A DNA stretch of 64,000 nt from Vicugna vicugna (Eukaryota). The position numbers and the translations under genes are program-made. This document shows positions 1 to 13,627 of this stretch, in pieces. A model generated the notes under the pieces. It saw only the letters and a program-made list of their open reading frames with translations, ran no database searches and had not been told where the DNA came from. Within the stretch, counting starts at the first letter, position 1, and each line of letters starts with the position of its first letter. The stretch lies in assembly GCA_013265495.1 (NCBI GenBank), contig MU058463.1, positions 3,267,037 to 3,331,036 on the forward strand, read 5' to 3'.

Positions 1-67
1 GGAGGCTGCCAGGTGTTGTTTACCTGTGTTCACAGGAAGAAGAGGACACAGATAGCTGATCTCCATC

Positions 68-670
68 AGTGTGTAAGTTGGTAGAACTACTTCTACAAAA
101 CCATTTGCCGTCTTCTGGTAAAGCTGGTAAAGCTGTGATATGTACACAACATTGCACACAAGTGCATCAGCAGACATGGACAAAAATGTTATATATTTAT
201 AATATTACAGTATTATATAGCATAATGGGAAATAACCTAAATGCTCATCAATTTCAAAAGGATTGACAAATTATAGTATAGTCTTAAAATTGAACATTAT
301 ATAGAATGGAAAATGAATAAATTCCAGCTGTTTTTGACAATATGGATGAATCTCAGGAAAGTACATTTATACATAAAGCCCAAGTAAAATCACCCACTTT
401 ATAAAGTGATCAATATTCAAAACAAAATATGGTTCATGGATATAAATATATAAAAAAATCATAGACACAAAATTCAGAACAATGGTCAATAATGAGGAGG
501 GAAGGGATGGGATGGGATGAGTGAAGAAGCAGAGCAGCTGTGTTATTTTGCTTAAACACAGAGCTAGGGATGTGTGTGTATGTTATACTATTATTCTTAA
601 TCTTTATATTGTACATATATTTTGTAACTATTCTTTTGCAATTATTCAATATTTAATTTATAAAAATAGT
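68..670 (+). mobile_element. Ancient L1 (L1ME-like) 3' end fragment
   Basis: Degenerate L1 3' motifs such as aacctaaatgctcatcaa and tatggatgaatctca, a G-rich tract gagggaagggatgggatggg, and an A-rich end. Confidence 0.65.
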
Positions 671-1774
671 ACTTAATAAAATAGTTACGGTTCTTAAAAA
701 CCATGTTTAGTAAAAGAACACACAAATGAAGTATCTGCATTTTTAAATGTGTAGAATTGGGCTTTTTTTTTTTTGACTACCATCAGTGAATATTTTATAC
801 TCTTACAGGTGTCTCTGTCCCGAAGGTTAATAACTATTGTTAATTTAGCCATCATGCTTTAATTTAATGCGATTACTCTTACATAATTTAGCATCAGAGT
901 TTCCTTGGTATTAAAACTGTGTCCTTGTTGACAATGGACCTGATTTTGATGAAAATCGTATCCTTATTACATTAAGCCAACAGCATGTCCCTTATTTCCT
1001 TCTCATTTAATACTGCTTTACTTTACTGGCAACCAGCTTTCTCTCTAGTAAATTATTTTTATATTTACATTAAAACTTTTTTCTCTTTCCCCTCATTTTA
1101 ATAATTATATTAGCAAAACTCTAATTACTATCTCCAGTACAAGAATTTTAGGAAACATAATCAATATGCATTTTAATATATTTTGATATCTTTTTACTTT
1201 GTATAATGTAACATGATGTCTTGTATTTAATGGCATGTTACTATATTATTTCTGCCACCAAATGGCATCTTTCCTTCCATGCAGTCTCTCATTTATCATG
1301 GTGAAATACTTTCCTTCCAATTAATTATTAATACAATTTTAGCATGAAGAGACCCTGTTTTATATCACTTGATTTTATAATAACTACACTTTCATGAAAA
1401 TAATCTTTTTTTGGAAAACTTAACATATTTTAGTGACAGCAAACAACATAGTCCTCTTAATTGCAGATGTTGTTTAGAAAATATGATATTAAGGAAAATT
1501 ATAAATTAGGTAACAAAAATTTTCTGGACTAGACAAAAATCTTGTTTAATGTCTCTTTCTCTTAGTTTAGATATCTAAAAGAACAAGTATTTGAATATTT
1601 AATTTAAAATTCTTTACTTACATAAACAAAAAAGGAGAGGGAATTCTGCTAATATTTTCCTGCTATTTGTAACTATGAGAACTACTTAAACTAAATCGCT
1701 ACCTTAGGTCCCTAAGAGGACATTAAGAAGAGGATGGTAAGGACAGATTTTAGAGAGAATGGACAGATAGAGAT

Positions 1775-1848
<74 letters not shown>
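1775..1848 (+). repeat. (GATA)n tetranucleotide microsatellite
   Basis: 16 perfect GATA units at 1775-1838, followed by an interrupted unit. Confidence 0.98.
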
Positions 1849-4580
1849 CGGTCATTTTTTTCACTTTTCTTATTCTGATTTTAGGGTACTGCCAGTATGT
1901 GAGGGAATCTAGTGACCAGAAGACTTACCTGGTTTGGAAAAATTTCATGATAAAGTCTACTTGCAAATTTCTCACCCCAAAATGCTAAGCCAACACCCAA
2001 TAGCATTGAGCTGCTGGGTGATGAAAGAGACATTCTAATGCAAGCAACAAAAGAGACCCAGTCAGCTCTGTGTCAATATCCCATTAACATCCAGAGACAG
2101 CCTTGGGGGAGCTATAAAGTTGCTTTGATCAAGCTTCCCTTGCATGGTCATGTCAGACTATTCTGGAAATATCTATTCATGTCTCTTAATTGTAAAGTCA
2201 AATCAGCTTTCTAAGGGCATTCCTCACCTGCCCATCCCCTAAAACCACCAGATGACCAAGGTTAGACCCTGCAAACCCTGGGAAGCCCAGAGCTCTTCAC
2301 CTGGGTATAGAAATGCAATGAGACTGATATTAGGAAGGAAAGTCAGGGCTGGCACCTCACTGCTTATGCCCACTACGCGGAACATTGTCCTTAAGCCAGA
2401 CTTCGACCCAGTGTCTTTTATATTCCAGGAGAAAACTTCTGTGAAGAGAGTGTTACCATAATCTGAGATTTCTTCACCAGGACACTTACCACATTCCAAG
2501 CCTCTCTTTTCTTCCAGATTGCTGTGAGCATCTACCATTATCTCAAGAAAATACCATGGAGGCTCTGTTCCTAGGCTTGGATGGCTCTAGAGAAACTTGG
2601 AGCAGACCTTAGTAGCCTGTGCCACCTTCTGAATAACGTAAATGCTCTGAATAGATTCAGGAGCCCACCCCATGACTGCTGCTCCTCCTATGGGTTGGCT
2701 GTCTTTTCTCTGTCACTAGCCCGAAAAAGAAAGCCCTGCATCTACTGTGAGTCATCACTCTTTTGGATGAATCTTGAGGAAACACAAAGAAAAGATGGAC
2801 TTTGCGTATAAGCATCCTCTTGCTTTCTGGGTAATCTAGTCCTATCTGTCAGGTTTATTTAACAACAAAAAAAGAGAGACATCTTTCTTTTCTTTCCTCA
2901 TCCGGTCCCTCCTTCTCAAAAACAGAATCCGAGACACACATACGTCTGGATAAGGGGCAGAAAATTTCAATAGGCATGTGGAGAAAGAACAGGCAGGCTA
3001 GCCATATTTAAAAAGCTCTCTGTCCCTGCGTGTCTCTTCTTTCAATGCTATGGTGCCCTGACTCCTAACTCTTCCAAAGTTCATTTCCACCCTCTCCAAT
3101 GCCTCAGGGTACAGGACATGTTTTCAGCAAAGGGATATTTGCATGATTCTTTAGGCATGTGTCATTGTCCTATCTGTGTATTGAAAATAATTAAAATGCC
3201 TCAGAAAGGTCTGGCCCAAGGCACTAACTCCCTGCTTCTCACATTCACCTGCCTGTAAGAGAAAAGCTCAGGCTCCTCTGACCAGCCATGAAGGAAGGCT
3301 GAGCTGTTATAAATGATTTTAATAAATGCAAACTGCAACCAGACATCGTAGGTCTTCTAGGGTTGGCCCTTTAAGTTGATTATCAGTTTGTAAGTTATTC
3401 TGTAAACTGCATATGGGAATTTTATGGAAGTAATGATATTACATGAACCCAACTCACATTCATCAGTGAGATGTCACGTGACCCAGTACTTAATGTTTAT
3501 GGCCCAAGAAACGCTGAAGGTTTTAAATAGTTAGAAACTGAAAAATTAAATAAAATTCAGCCCTGATTTGACCAAAGTTACTGAATGGCAATATTTCAGT
3601 ACAGTTGCTAGATATATATCAATTTATCCCTTTTTGTAGATGGGTTGGTAAAGGTCATTCATATTTACTTACTGTACAGTGGCCCCTATGGTTTTGTGAT
3701 TCTTTTTTTTAAATTTTTAAATTTTTTATTTTTACAATTTTTAAAGGTTACTTTCCATTCTCTTTTATATGAACCAGGAGCTCCATTTCTAGTTTTCCCT
3801 AATTGCATATTTAACTCTGTTCACATTCCATCTTGCACATACACCGTTAAATTTATGGTGTTCTTGTTCAAGTATTTACTTTTTTCCTTCTAGACACAAA
3901 AGAAATCTTTAGCAAAACTACATTCAAGGAATTGTATGTTCATTATAGTTGACTTGATGGAACTGGGAACCAGAAGCAAAGATTAGACTGGATATCCTCA
4001 ATTATGTTTTCCTCTGTACAAGGCATACAGTACATTTTGTTTATATTATTGAAATAACTAGGATCCATTTGAATTTGTCTAGCTTTATTTCAAGAGAAGC
4101 ATACCAACAGAGGATGGTTAGATATTTTATATGACCATATACTCACTTGTAATTAACTAAAGCTTGGGTACAAAGATGTTAGATGGTTTTAAAATGGCTA
4201 GCTTCTTTTCTTTTTTATTTTTACTGCTATGGTTAAAAACATGACAAAGAAAATATCTTCTCAAAATGAATGTTATTGATAGTAGTAATAACATGCAGAA
4301 AATATTAAAAATAGATTAAATTGGTGGGGAGAAAAAAGTCATTTTAAGCAATGCCTCTGTGTTGGTCTCCCACTTGTTATGCTCCAGGGTGCGCATCTGA
4401 AGAAACACACAGATAAATCTTACTATTGTTAATAGTCCAGATTCCTGAATTCCTTGGTAGGTCTCTGAATATTTAAGTCAGATTGTAACAAAATCATGTA
4501 CTTGTTCACTTCGCAAAGATGCCCTGGGAAGATAAAGTGGCAATAACTTATTTTATCTGTAAGGTTTGAGGTTAAGCAAT

Positions 4581-4784
4581 NNNNNNNNNNNNNNNNNNNN
4601 NNNNNNNNNNNNNNNNNNNNNNNNNNNNNNNNNNNNNNNNNNNNNNNNNNNNNNNNNNNNNNNNNNNNNNNNNNNNNNNNNNNNNNNNNNNNNNNNNNNN
4701 NNNNNNNNNNNNNNNNNNNNNNNNNNNNNNNNNNNNNNNNNNNNNNNNNNNNNNNNNNNNNNNNNNNNNNNNNNNNNNNNNNNN
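4581..4784. other. Assembly gap (204 N)
   Basis: Run of N. Confidence 1.
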
Positions 4785-5224
4785 ATGGAGAGAACATTTT
4801 ACTATAGCCTTATTTCTAGCTGAAGATCAATAAATAAAAAAGACAGCTCACTATTTGAAAATGTTCCCTTTTACTTTGCTTCGAAAGCCAAGGCAGGCAG
4901 ATTGATGTCCTATTTCATAGATGTGTCGGTTTCCTTTGTCACTTCTCAGAGATTTAAAGTTCTTCAAAATTAAATATATGATAGAGAATATCTGTGAATC
5001 TAGACTTTATGCCATGACTAAGGTTCAAATTGAAGATAAAGCTGGGGCATGATAAAAAAAATTGCTATTTGGTTTTTAAATATTCATGAACATCATTTTA
5101 AAAATGTCTATCAAGGAAAAGATTCAATTATTCTCATTAGTTGATTTTTCTTTCAGAAAAATGTAGAACACGTGAAACTAATCATAATACTAGTGCTGTT
5201 GGCATTTCCAAATGTAATAATTTG

Positions 5225-6170
5225 AGATATTGTTAAAAGGGAAGCCACAGACAGGGAGGAAATATTTGCAAAACACACATCTGGTAAGGGACCTGTATCC
5301 AAAATACACAAAGAACTTTGAAAATTCAACGATACAAAGACAAAACCCAAGTTAAAATTGAACAAAAGATCTGAACAGATACTTGACCAAAAAAGATATG
5401 TAGATAGCATATAAACACAGGGGAAATACATTCAACACCATTACTCATTAAGGAAACAAATTTAAACTTCAATTAGATACTGTTACCGACCTACTGGAAA
5501 GAAAGTCTAAAATAAGAACTGACAATACCAAGCACTGGAGAGGATGCAGAGCAATTGAAACTCTCACACATTGTTGGGAGGAATTCAATGGTACAATTTT
5601 TTGGTAAAGAGTTTGGCAGTTCCTTATAACGTCAAACACCATACAACCAGAGATCTGACCCCTGGGTATCAACCCAGGAGAAATGCAATCTTACATTTAA
5701 ACAAAAACCTGTACACAAATGTTTATAATGGTTTTATTCACAGATCCCCACCAAATTGATACCATCCAAATAGCCTTTTATTGGTGAATGAATAAAGAAA
5801 CAGAAAAAAAATCATGCAATGGAATAAAGTAATAGGTATAAACAAACGATACAGACATCTTGTGTAAATCTCAAATGCATTATGCTAAATGAAAGAAGCC
5901 GGGCTCAAAAGGCTACTTAGCATATGATTCATTTATAGGACATTCTTGAAAAGGCAAATCAAAGGGGACAGAAAACAGATCAGGGCTTGGCAAGAGCTGG
6001 GAGTTGGGAGAGAGGTTAGCACTAAGGGACGTGAAGGAAGTTTGGGAAAGATGGAACTTTTGTATATCTTAACTGTAGTAGTATTTACCTAAATGTATGC
6101 ATTTGTCAAAACTCATGGAATTTTACAATAAAAAGGGTAAGTTTTATTATACATAAATTATATTTCAAAT
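5225..6170 (+). mobile_element. L1 (L1MB/L1MC-like) ORF2 C-terminal remnant and 3' UTR
   Basis: Typical L1 3' sequence: gaagccacagacagggaggaaatatttgcaaaacacacatctgg, aagatctgaacagatac, caagcactggagaggatgcagagcaattgaaactctc, atgctaaatgaaagaagccgg; frame disrupted. Confidence 0.9.
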
Positions 6171-6301
6171 CACCTGAAATTGCAATAGCATGGAACTAAC
6201 ATAAAAAGTGGTCAAGAATTGTGATTTTTCAAAAACTAAATATATAAATGCTTTAATCCTTTAACTGTAGATGAGACAGCTAACCTCTGATTAGTCTAGG
6301 G

Positions 6302-6460
6302 TAGGGATTGGCAAACTTCCACCCATAGGCCAAATCTGGCCCACCACTTATTTTTGTAAATAAAGTTTTATTGAAACATAATTAAACTTTGTTTATGGAT
6401 GCTTTCACATTCCAGTGGGGAAGTATCTGGCCCTTTGCAGAAGAAGGTTGCTGACCTCTG
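6302..6460 (+). mobile_element. MER58A (hAT-Charlie) non-autonomous DNA transposon, internally deleted
   Basis: Starts tagggattggcaaac, contains ttttgtaaataaagttttattgaaac, ends tatctggccctttgcagaagaaggttgctgacctctg; 8-bp TSD gtctaggg (6294-6301) / gtctaagg (6461-6468). Confidence 0.85.
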
Positions 6461-6879
6461 GTCTAAGGCTAAAGAACATATTCATTAAAACTCTTGATCA
6501 TCCTATAAAATTTAGCATTTTCTTAAAGATACCCACAATTTAAACAAATGCAAATAAAGGAAATGCCATCAATAACACAATCAATCAAGCTTTATAATAA
6601 ATATTTATTAAGCATCTACTAAGTACATAAATTTCGAATACCTATTTTTGACTGAATCACAAAACTTAAAATTCAATTGATAGAATTTTTCCTAAAAAGT
6701 GAAATTTCTATATAGAGATTAAAATTGAAAGAGTTATTTCACTGAATATTTTATTCTTCCTTTCAATTTCCATTTCCACTGTTCTGATTAGGACTTTGGG
6801 TCTTCAGTGGATTCCTGGCCTGGCCTCCATGTTGATCAGCTAGTTGACCCTCACACTAATGCCAGGAACCTAAGGATTC

Positions 6880-7430
6880 TCATGCCTCTTCTCAGTGAAG
6901 TTCAAAGCTCTGCTTTGGTCTTGGAATTACTTCCAAACCCCTTAGCATTCATGTATGGCCCTTTATCATCTGGTCTCAATTTATTTCCATACTAATTTCC
7001 TAATTTACTTCTTACATCCATGTTTCTACCACTCTAGAGTAGTTTCAGTCCTCAAACATGCAATATTTTTTCCTATTTGCACATTTCCTTCTCTACCCTG
7101 GAAGGTCCTTTTCTAGCATATCTGCCTCTAGGATTCCAATTACTTCTCAAGGCCATATTCATTTGCCAAGTTCCCTGTGAAGTCTTGTTTGGTTTTGTAT
7201 ATGATGTAATTCCTTCTTCCTGAGTGTTTCCACAGTACTTTGCTTAGAGTGTAACTCTAACCCTCCTGTCACGTAGCCTTATTAATTGTCCCATGTTTCT
7301 TTCCCCCTCTCACTCATGTGCCCTGACATGAAGGACCATATCATGTCACCTTGTGCCCTTCCACCACAGCCTCTAAGATTATATACATTACACAAAGTAG
7401 GTATTTGATAAGTACTCCTTGAATTTAATT
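6880..7430 (+). mobile_element. L2 LINE 3' fragment
   Basis: Degenerate L2 3' region ending acacaaagtaggtatttgataagtactccttgaatt. Confidence 0.7.
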
Positions 7431-8799
7431 AAATTCAAATTTTGGATTAGCTATTTTTTGTAAATTTTTATAATAGTGATGAAAAGTTCAAAATTCAATA
7501 ATATTATCTTATATTGCCTGCACCTCCAGCTATCTTAGAAACTTATTTTTATATCCTCAATATCCACGGCAGTCCAATTTATGGAATTTAGTGCTTCTGT
7601 TTACAATTCTTAGTCAAAGCTCATCTAGGCCTTTAATCTTTCTGATCATTTTTATGTTCTAGTCTCTCTTTCAGTCTCTCCATGTTCGTAAATTCACATG
7701 GATTTACAGAGCAGATGTTTAGGTATAGTTTAACTAGAGGCAAAGGAAAAAAGAGCCAAAGATCTTTTAGAATCTAGACAGATTAGCCTTTTCCCTACTT
7801 CTCCAGTGGGTGTTTTCTTTTTCAGCCAAATATGCCTGAGCCGGCAAGATCGTTTCCATGGGTACAGACCTGCTTGTGCAAGTGGGTTATGTCTAGAGTC
7901 ACTCTCCTATGTCCTTTACTTTAGTCCCCACTATCATGGTAAAAGTGTCATTGCCATCAGGATTTTCTCTTGCAACATAGGACACTTTTTTTTTTCATTA
8001 AAGTAAAACCTCCTTTCATTAATTGATTCAGGGCACTCTTCTCCATCTTCCTATTCTCTGAAATGCAATGGTCAGCCTCCCCCACCTGGTACGTGGCGGA
8101 GTCTGAATTTAAATCTACAGCCAGAACTGCCAGGAATCACTATGCACATGGCTTCTACATACTGGATGTCCCCTATCTCACTCTTAGCATCAAGACTTCT
8201 GAAGACCAAAGTGAACAAGACATGAAGGACCTCTTTAATTTGTTGATTTTGAAAACAGACATTTTTCCTTGATACATTATGTGTTATCTCGTCACCTCTC
8301 ATTTCTGTGCTCCATGTATGTGTCACATTATAGTTAGCTATTAATAAAGCTAAATACCTAGTATATTATGGGATCCTTTAAGGTCTAAGATTTATTTATA
8401 TTTTCTTGGCACTTCTAGCATTGGTTGACTTTTAATAAGTTCTCACTATGTCTTGGCAAATAAATACATTCAATCATGCCTTTAATCCTAAGGATGATTC
8501 AACCTTCAGAGGTTCTCAAGTTATTCTTGAGCTCCGGAAGAAAGCCAAATCTTCACCCTCCAATGGTTAAAATTAAAGGGTCGGTAGCTAAGTGTTCCCT
8601 ATGAAGTATTTTTGAAACTTATGCCTAACAGAATCATATAAAATAAGACTATGATGAATTTGTCTAAAATACTCAATTTTAATTCAACAAGCTACTAAAT
8701 GATCTATTAATTACTTTTTTTGTACTATATAATACTCAAAGCATTAGTACACTTTATTAGATCAGCTCCATGATATTTTCACCTTAAATAAAGCCATTG

Positions 8800-9190
8800 C
8801 TTGGCAAGATTTATTTTATTTTTATGTAGCAAAAGTTGTCAATCTTTTCTTTTATGGCTTCTGAATTTTGGGTTTTAGTCTTTTTTTTTTTTTCCCAGTC
8901 CCAGGTTATAAAAAAATGAACATATGCTTTCTTCTAGTACTTCTAAGTTTCTCTTTTTACATTTAAACCTTCTATTTATCTTGATGTACAATACAAATAG
9001 TTACCCATTTGCTCCAATGGCATTTATTAAAATAGTCCATTTTTACTCCACTGATCCAAGTTGCAACCCCTATTACAACCTGAATTCTCATGTATATTCC
9101 ATCCTTTTTCTATGCTTTCTATTCCATTTCTTCATTGGTCTCCTGGTCTATTTTGCATCCTTATTGTGTTTTATACCATATTTTTCTTAA
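8800..9190 (-). mobile_element. Ancient L1 (L1ME-like) fragment
   Basis: T-rich antisense L1 motifs, e.g. gtcaatcttttctttatggcttctgaattttg and tttgctccaatggcatttattaaaatagtcc. Confidence 0.7.
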
Positions 9191-9399
9191 TTAAAAGCAG
9201 AAATGTCTCCTGATGTGGGGAATATGGCCTGCATTTCAAATTAACAAGAATGACAATTATTAGTCACTTGGTCTCCAGTTTTTCCTGATGTTTAGATTAC
9301 CACCTAGATCTCATTTTCCAGTTTTAGTCTGGCACATATATCATTATAGATCACATTGCAATATAGAAATATTATTTTGGAGCTTTAAGCCATCTATCA

Positions 9400-9620
9400 C
9401 CTTTAGAGATCTTTAGGCATGTATAAGGTTTCTCCAGAGCAAGCTGGTGCATAACCTCAACCTTCAGAAGTCAGATTGTGGGTCTGCAGCCCCATGCTGA
9501 CAGTGCAAGAGCGTCAACAATACATTTCATGTCATCCTATGTGTACCAGAAGGCTGGAAACATAATCTCTCCTCAGACCACTGGAGATATGGAACAAGTC
9601 ACACAAAATACTATCAACAC
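9400..9620 (+). mobile_element. MLT1-type (ERVL-MaLR) LTR fragment
   Basis: atcctatgtgtaccagaagg...gatatggaacaagtc resembles the MLT1 3' end. Confidence 0.45.
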
Positions 9621-11179
9621 AACATAACACAACTAGCTGTACCTCTCACATTCCCAGCAAGCCCAGACTGATGAACATAAACCTCTAGGTGAAAGCAAGC
9701 CAGCCAACTGCCTGAATGTGGGCTCGTGGTGACAGAAGAAAAAAAAAAGCTTTAGTCAATTAAATGACAATGTCAATGCTTGGAGGCTGTTGCTGGCATT
9801 GTTCATTTGACTGACATCCTGCTCATATCACAGCCGTTTACCTCACTGGTACCTAGGATCACCTTATTAGTCTGATTTCGACAGAAAGCATTTGATAGAA
9901 AGAACTTACAGATAGTATTTGTGTGCAGGATAGAAGTATTGAGGTGTTTCAATACAACATTTTTTGCCATTTTTTTTCTACTGATGACGATCATGGTTGC
10001 TTTGTCAAAATAAACCTTTAGGAAGGTACCTAATAATATCAATAGGAGTCACCATTTATTTATTTTCTGTCACATGCTGAGCCCATCTTTACTCATGCAT
10101 ATTGACTGAACACTGACAAAATGATTCCATATTACATAGCAACCTTAAAACTATGGGCGTCTGCATTTTCTCATGGCTTTTTTTTAAACTTCTTTGACTT
10201 GCCAATAAGATGTGCAGATCATCAACTTTGTGCTAAACATGTTTGCCCTCTAGTTTCTTAGACTGAGAGCTTACTGAATCATCTTCAGTCTCAGCAATTG
10301 AATGTCTTCGAAGTCTTCTGGCTTCAAAGCTTTTAAGATTTAGGAGAGTTTATCTATGTTGCATACGCACTCTAAAGCCAAAGCGTTATGTTTCGCCACA
10401 AAACTAAAGTCAGTTTTATAGTTTCTGAACTTTCTTACTTGAAATACCAAATTCTGCAAGTGTCTGAGCACTGGATGTCTATAAGACAGGGACATGTATT
10501 TGTGGGAGGCAGAAAGGGAGTAACAGATAATCCTCTTTCCCCTTTAGAAGCTTATGATCTAATATCTTCATTACAATGTATTTCTTGCTCACTGCTCCTT
10601 CTGCTCCATGGTAAGGCTGTGACCTACTCACAACACAGCTAACTGTATTGTCACAACCCAGAAAGATGCGCTTCTCTGAAGTGCTGACTGCTAATAGTGT
10701 CAGAAACTATGTTACATGGGATCTCAAAAATGACTCATATTTACTGAATTCAAATACAACAAGCTATCTATAAATAAGTCATCCTCTAGGACAACAAATA
10801 TGGTCTAAGCCAAACACGATATAAAGAAATCGGAAACTTAACCTATGGTTCCTCAGTCCCTGTCCTGTTGTAAACAAAAGATAATATGATTAATAACAGA
10901 TGATTGTTGTAATCTGAAAATAGACCTTCTATAAAACTTAGGAAGAAAATCCTTCAACATTTTCAGAACTATACATCTCAAGGTCTTTAAGATGCCTGAA
11001 AGTGTCCAAGAACTCTTTGGAAGAATTAACTGGGGGATAAGTAGCTAAGATCTGATTGCTAAATCATGGGCTATAATGCAATGGCTAATTTTTAAATGAT
11101 GGTCTAAAAGCCTTATTTACATTCATAGTTAAAATGAGAGCTTACCCCTTTCTTCTGGTGCGGAAGAAGAATAGGGTGG

Positions 11180-11290
11180 AGATGTCATTATCCCCATTTT
11201 GCAGATGCGTAAACAAGTTTAGAAAAGGCAAGAAATATACCTAACATTCCAACACTGCTGGATAGTCTGGCAAGTTAGAATTCAAAGTGA
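11180..11290 (-). mobile_element. MIR SINE fragment
   Basis: Core attatccccattttgcagatg. Confidence 0.75.
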
Positions 11291-12519
11291 ATCACTGGGG
11301 AATGAGGAAGGGGATGAGGGAACAATTGAGAAATAATAGAATTAAAAATTAAATGGAAATTTGTCATCTTGACAACCAGATAATATAGCAAAATACCTCC
11401 AGAAATTACTTTCAGAAATATTTCCTAATATTTAAGTATGTAGAAAAGTGGAGATTTTTCCATGCTGTAATTCTTAAATTTAATCTTTATTTATAGCTCT
11501 TATTAATATGATAGCAACATGGAAAATTAATGTTTGAAACTCTCCTTTCTTTTAGAGAGGAAACAACATTCAATGTCCGGTGACTTGGGGGCAAGGGTGG
11601 AGGTGGCAGAAATGTCCTCATGTGCTCGCAGTGGGAATCATAGTGCATTACCAAGTGCCTCTGATTTACAAAACAACACAATATTAGAACTGTTTTAAAA
11701 TGTTATATAATCTAAGCTAAGATGGGGAATCTGAGACCCAGAAAATGAAGTTACTGATGTAGACCTGAGCTTTTTTCATTGTGTCATGATTACAATGTCT
11801 GATTTGTTTTCCTTAATATTTTCCATATCTTAAGAGTGGCCTCTTAGTAGCTCCTAATTTACAGATGATGTGTTTCATAGTTAAAAGTGGTTAACAATTA
11901 AAATTTTCAACTAGACCAGTAGGTCGTATAAAAGGAAAGTGTTCCAAATTGCATTGTCGGTGCAGCCAGTAATGATGTGAAAATGGACAAGGTAAAAACG
12001 GGCATGAGGACTGACCATTTGAAAAAATGGTGAAAGAGACCAAAGCTGCTCCTCTGCACCTTCCTAGACAATGTTCTCTTCCCTTCGAAGCCTAGAAATT
12101 ATCTGACAGTCATCATCATTTGGGAGGAAGTTTCTGTCAAGGTTGTTGTAAACTAAGATTAACAGACAATGGAGGAATGGCTGGTCTGGGTCTATGTTTC
12201 CCTGTGTATGGAATGGGAGTGAGGGTGGGGGTGGATTCTAATCATTCATTAACTCTCAAAGACAGAAAAATCTTTACCATCTAAAGGAATGGGAATGCAT
12301 CCAATACGATTTGGTTCACAGCCACAAACATGTCAGTTTCTTCAAGACTGACATGTTTCAAGTTATATATACTGAGATGAACAAGACCTGGCTTCCACTT
12401 TAGCACTGATCCATTGCAGGAAGGCTCTCTGACTTGTTCCCCTCTAATCATGTCATAATTGGGAGACAAGAAAATCACCAAATCTACCAGGAAAGGGTAG
12501 TCAAGAAGGTTAAGTCCTA

Positions 12520-12790
12520 AATGCTTGGAACCCAATTCTGGCTCTGCCATTTTCCAGCTCTATTACTTTGGTATATTTTCTTAATTGTTAGCCTCTTATC
12601 ACGGTGGCAATGCTCTGGTCCCAGAGAAGTCCTGGTTCTTCCTTGTCCTTGATTGTCCTGTCTTTCCTTCTCAACAGTTTCTAATTATTTATATTCATTT
12701 TTTGATCACCCCACATCTTATTTCCTCTTTAGAACTTGGATTGATGATACCAACATCAGAAGTGGTTGTAAGAATTAAACAAACGTGTGT
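12520..12790 (+). mobile_element. MIR SINE fragments
   Basis: ggaacccaattctggctctgccattttccagc and gtggttgtaagaattaaac. Confidence 0.6.
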
Positions 12791-13627
12791 GTGTGTGCAC
12801 AAAAAAATGCCAAGCTGTATATATATGGAATTTAAAAAACAAGAAATCCAAGAAATGAATATAAGGTTACTTCAGAATGGACATTCAATTGGTATTTTAA
12901 GATATAACCTCCTCAGCATAGGCAGAAGTGTATTTCCTGATCCTGGCTTTATTTGTCATAGTATGAACATATATGCTAAGTGTTTTTACCAGTATCCCTG
13001 TGTGGCAGAAATACACCCCATGTCCACTCAGGTATCCGATGACATGGATGTTTTTTAATTTATTTTGAAGTCATTTAATATATAAAAAGTCTAGCAATGT
13101 GAATGCCAATTTTTGTGTGCAATCCAATGGGCTTTGTGATTGTTTATTTCTTTTTCCATCACTAGAAGGTGGGTAGCATATAACATTCTCTCTGAATCGC
13201 ATGTGAAAAAGCACAGGTCTTGCTTCTTAAGCTGCAGAACCCCCGAGGATTCTTCTGCTAGAGTAACAGCTTGTGAAAATTCCTCCACAAGATAATGTGA
13301 CTTAGAAAGGAAGACCCAAGATGACCCTTTAATTACCAACGTTAGAACTCAAAGCTCTTGGAGACTTAGGGGTTTTTCCACTCAATACTTAGCTAGCTAG
13401 ATTAAGATGATGAAATAGCCTAAACAAACCAGTATTGATATTGTTTATGAAAAATGGAAAAGTACAAAATGACTACTTTTGCCTCTAAAAAGACAGCCTT
13501 AAAATATTCACTTAGGCGAAAGTCAAAATGGACCCCTCATCTTTCTGACCTGTGTAGCAACAGCCTAGGTTTATGGCTACCTGCCCATCTCAGGAAGTGG
13601 TAATAACAGCCATTATTTTCAGTGGAA

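Noticed and set aside
1250-1266. CTCF-like TGCCATTTGGTGGCAGA (minus strand)
   Set aside because: Two core mismatches including the invariant A; too weak.
2239-2811. Overlapping ORFs on both strands near 2.2-2.8 kb
   Set aside because: No homology recognised; overlapping short ORFs are expected in locally GC-richer DNA.
3473-3482. GTCACGTGAC CLEAR/E-box palindrome
   Set aside because: Isolated single motif in AT-rich DNA with no promoter context.
4429-4823. ORFs spanning the first N gap (likewise those at 13537-13893 and 26682-26964)
   Set aside because: Open only because N codons hide stops.
10548-10610. Plus-strand exon candidate (cccctttag | ... CATG|gtaagg) encoding EAYDLISSLQCISCSLLLLLHG
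   Set aside because: No recognisable protein and no phase-compatible neighbours identified. Consensus donors (gtaagt) occur about equally on both strands here, as expected by chance.
12585-13058. Longest gap-free ORF (157 aa, + strand)
   Set aside because: Overlaps MIR fragments and a short TG run, has no recognisable domain, and has the composition of AT-rich noncoding DNA.
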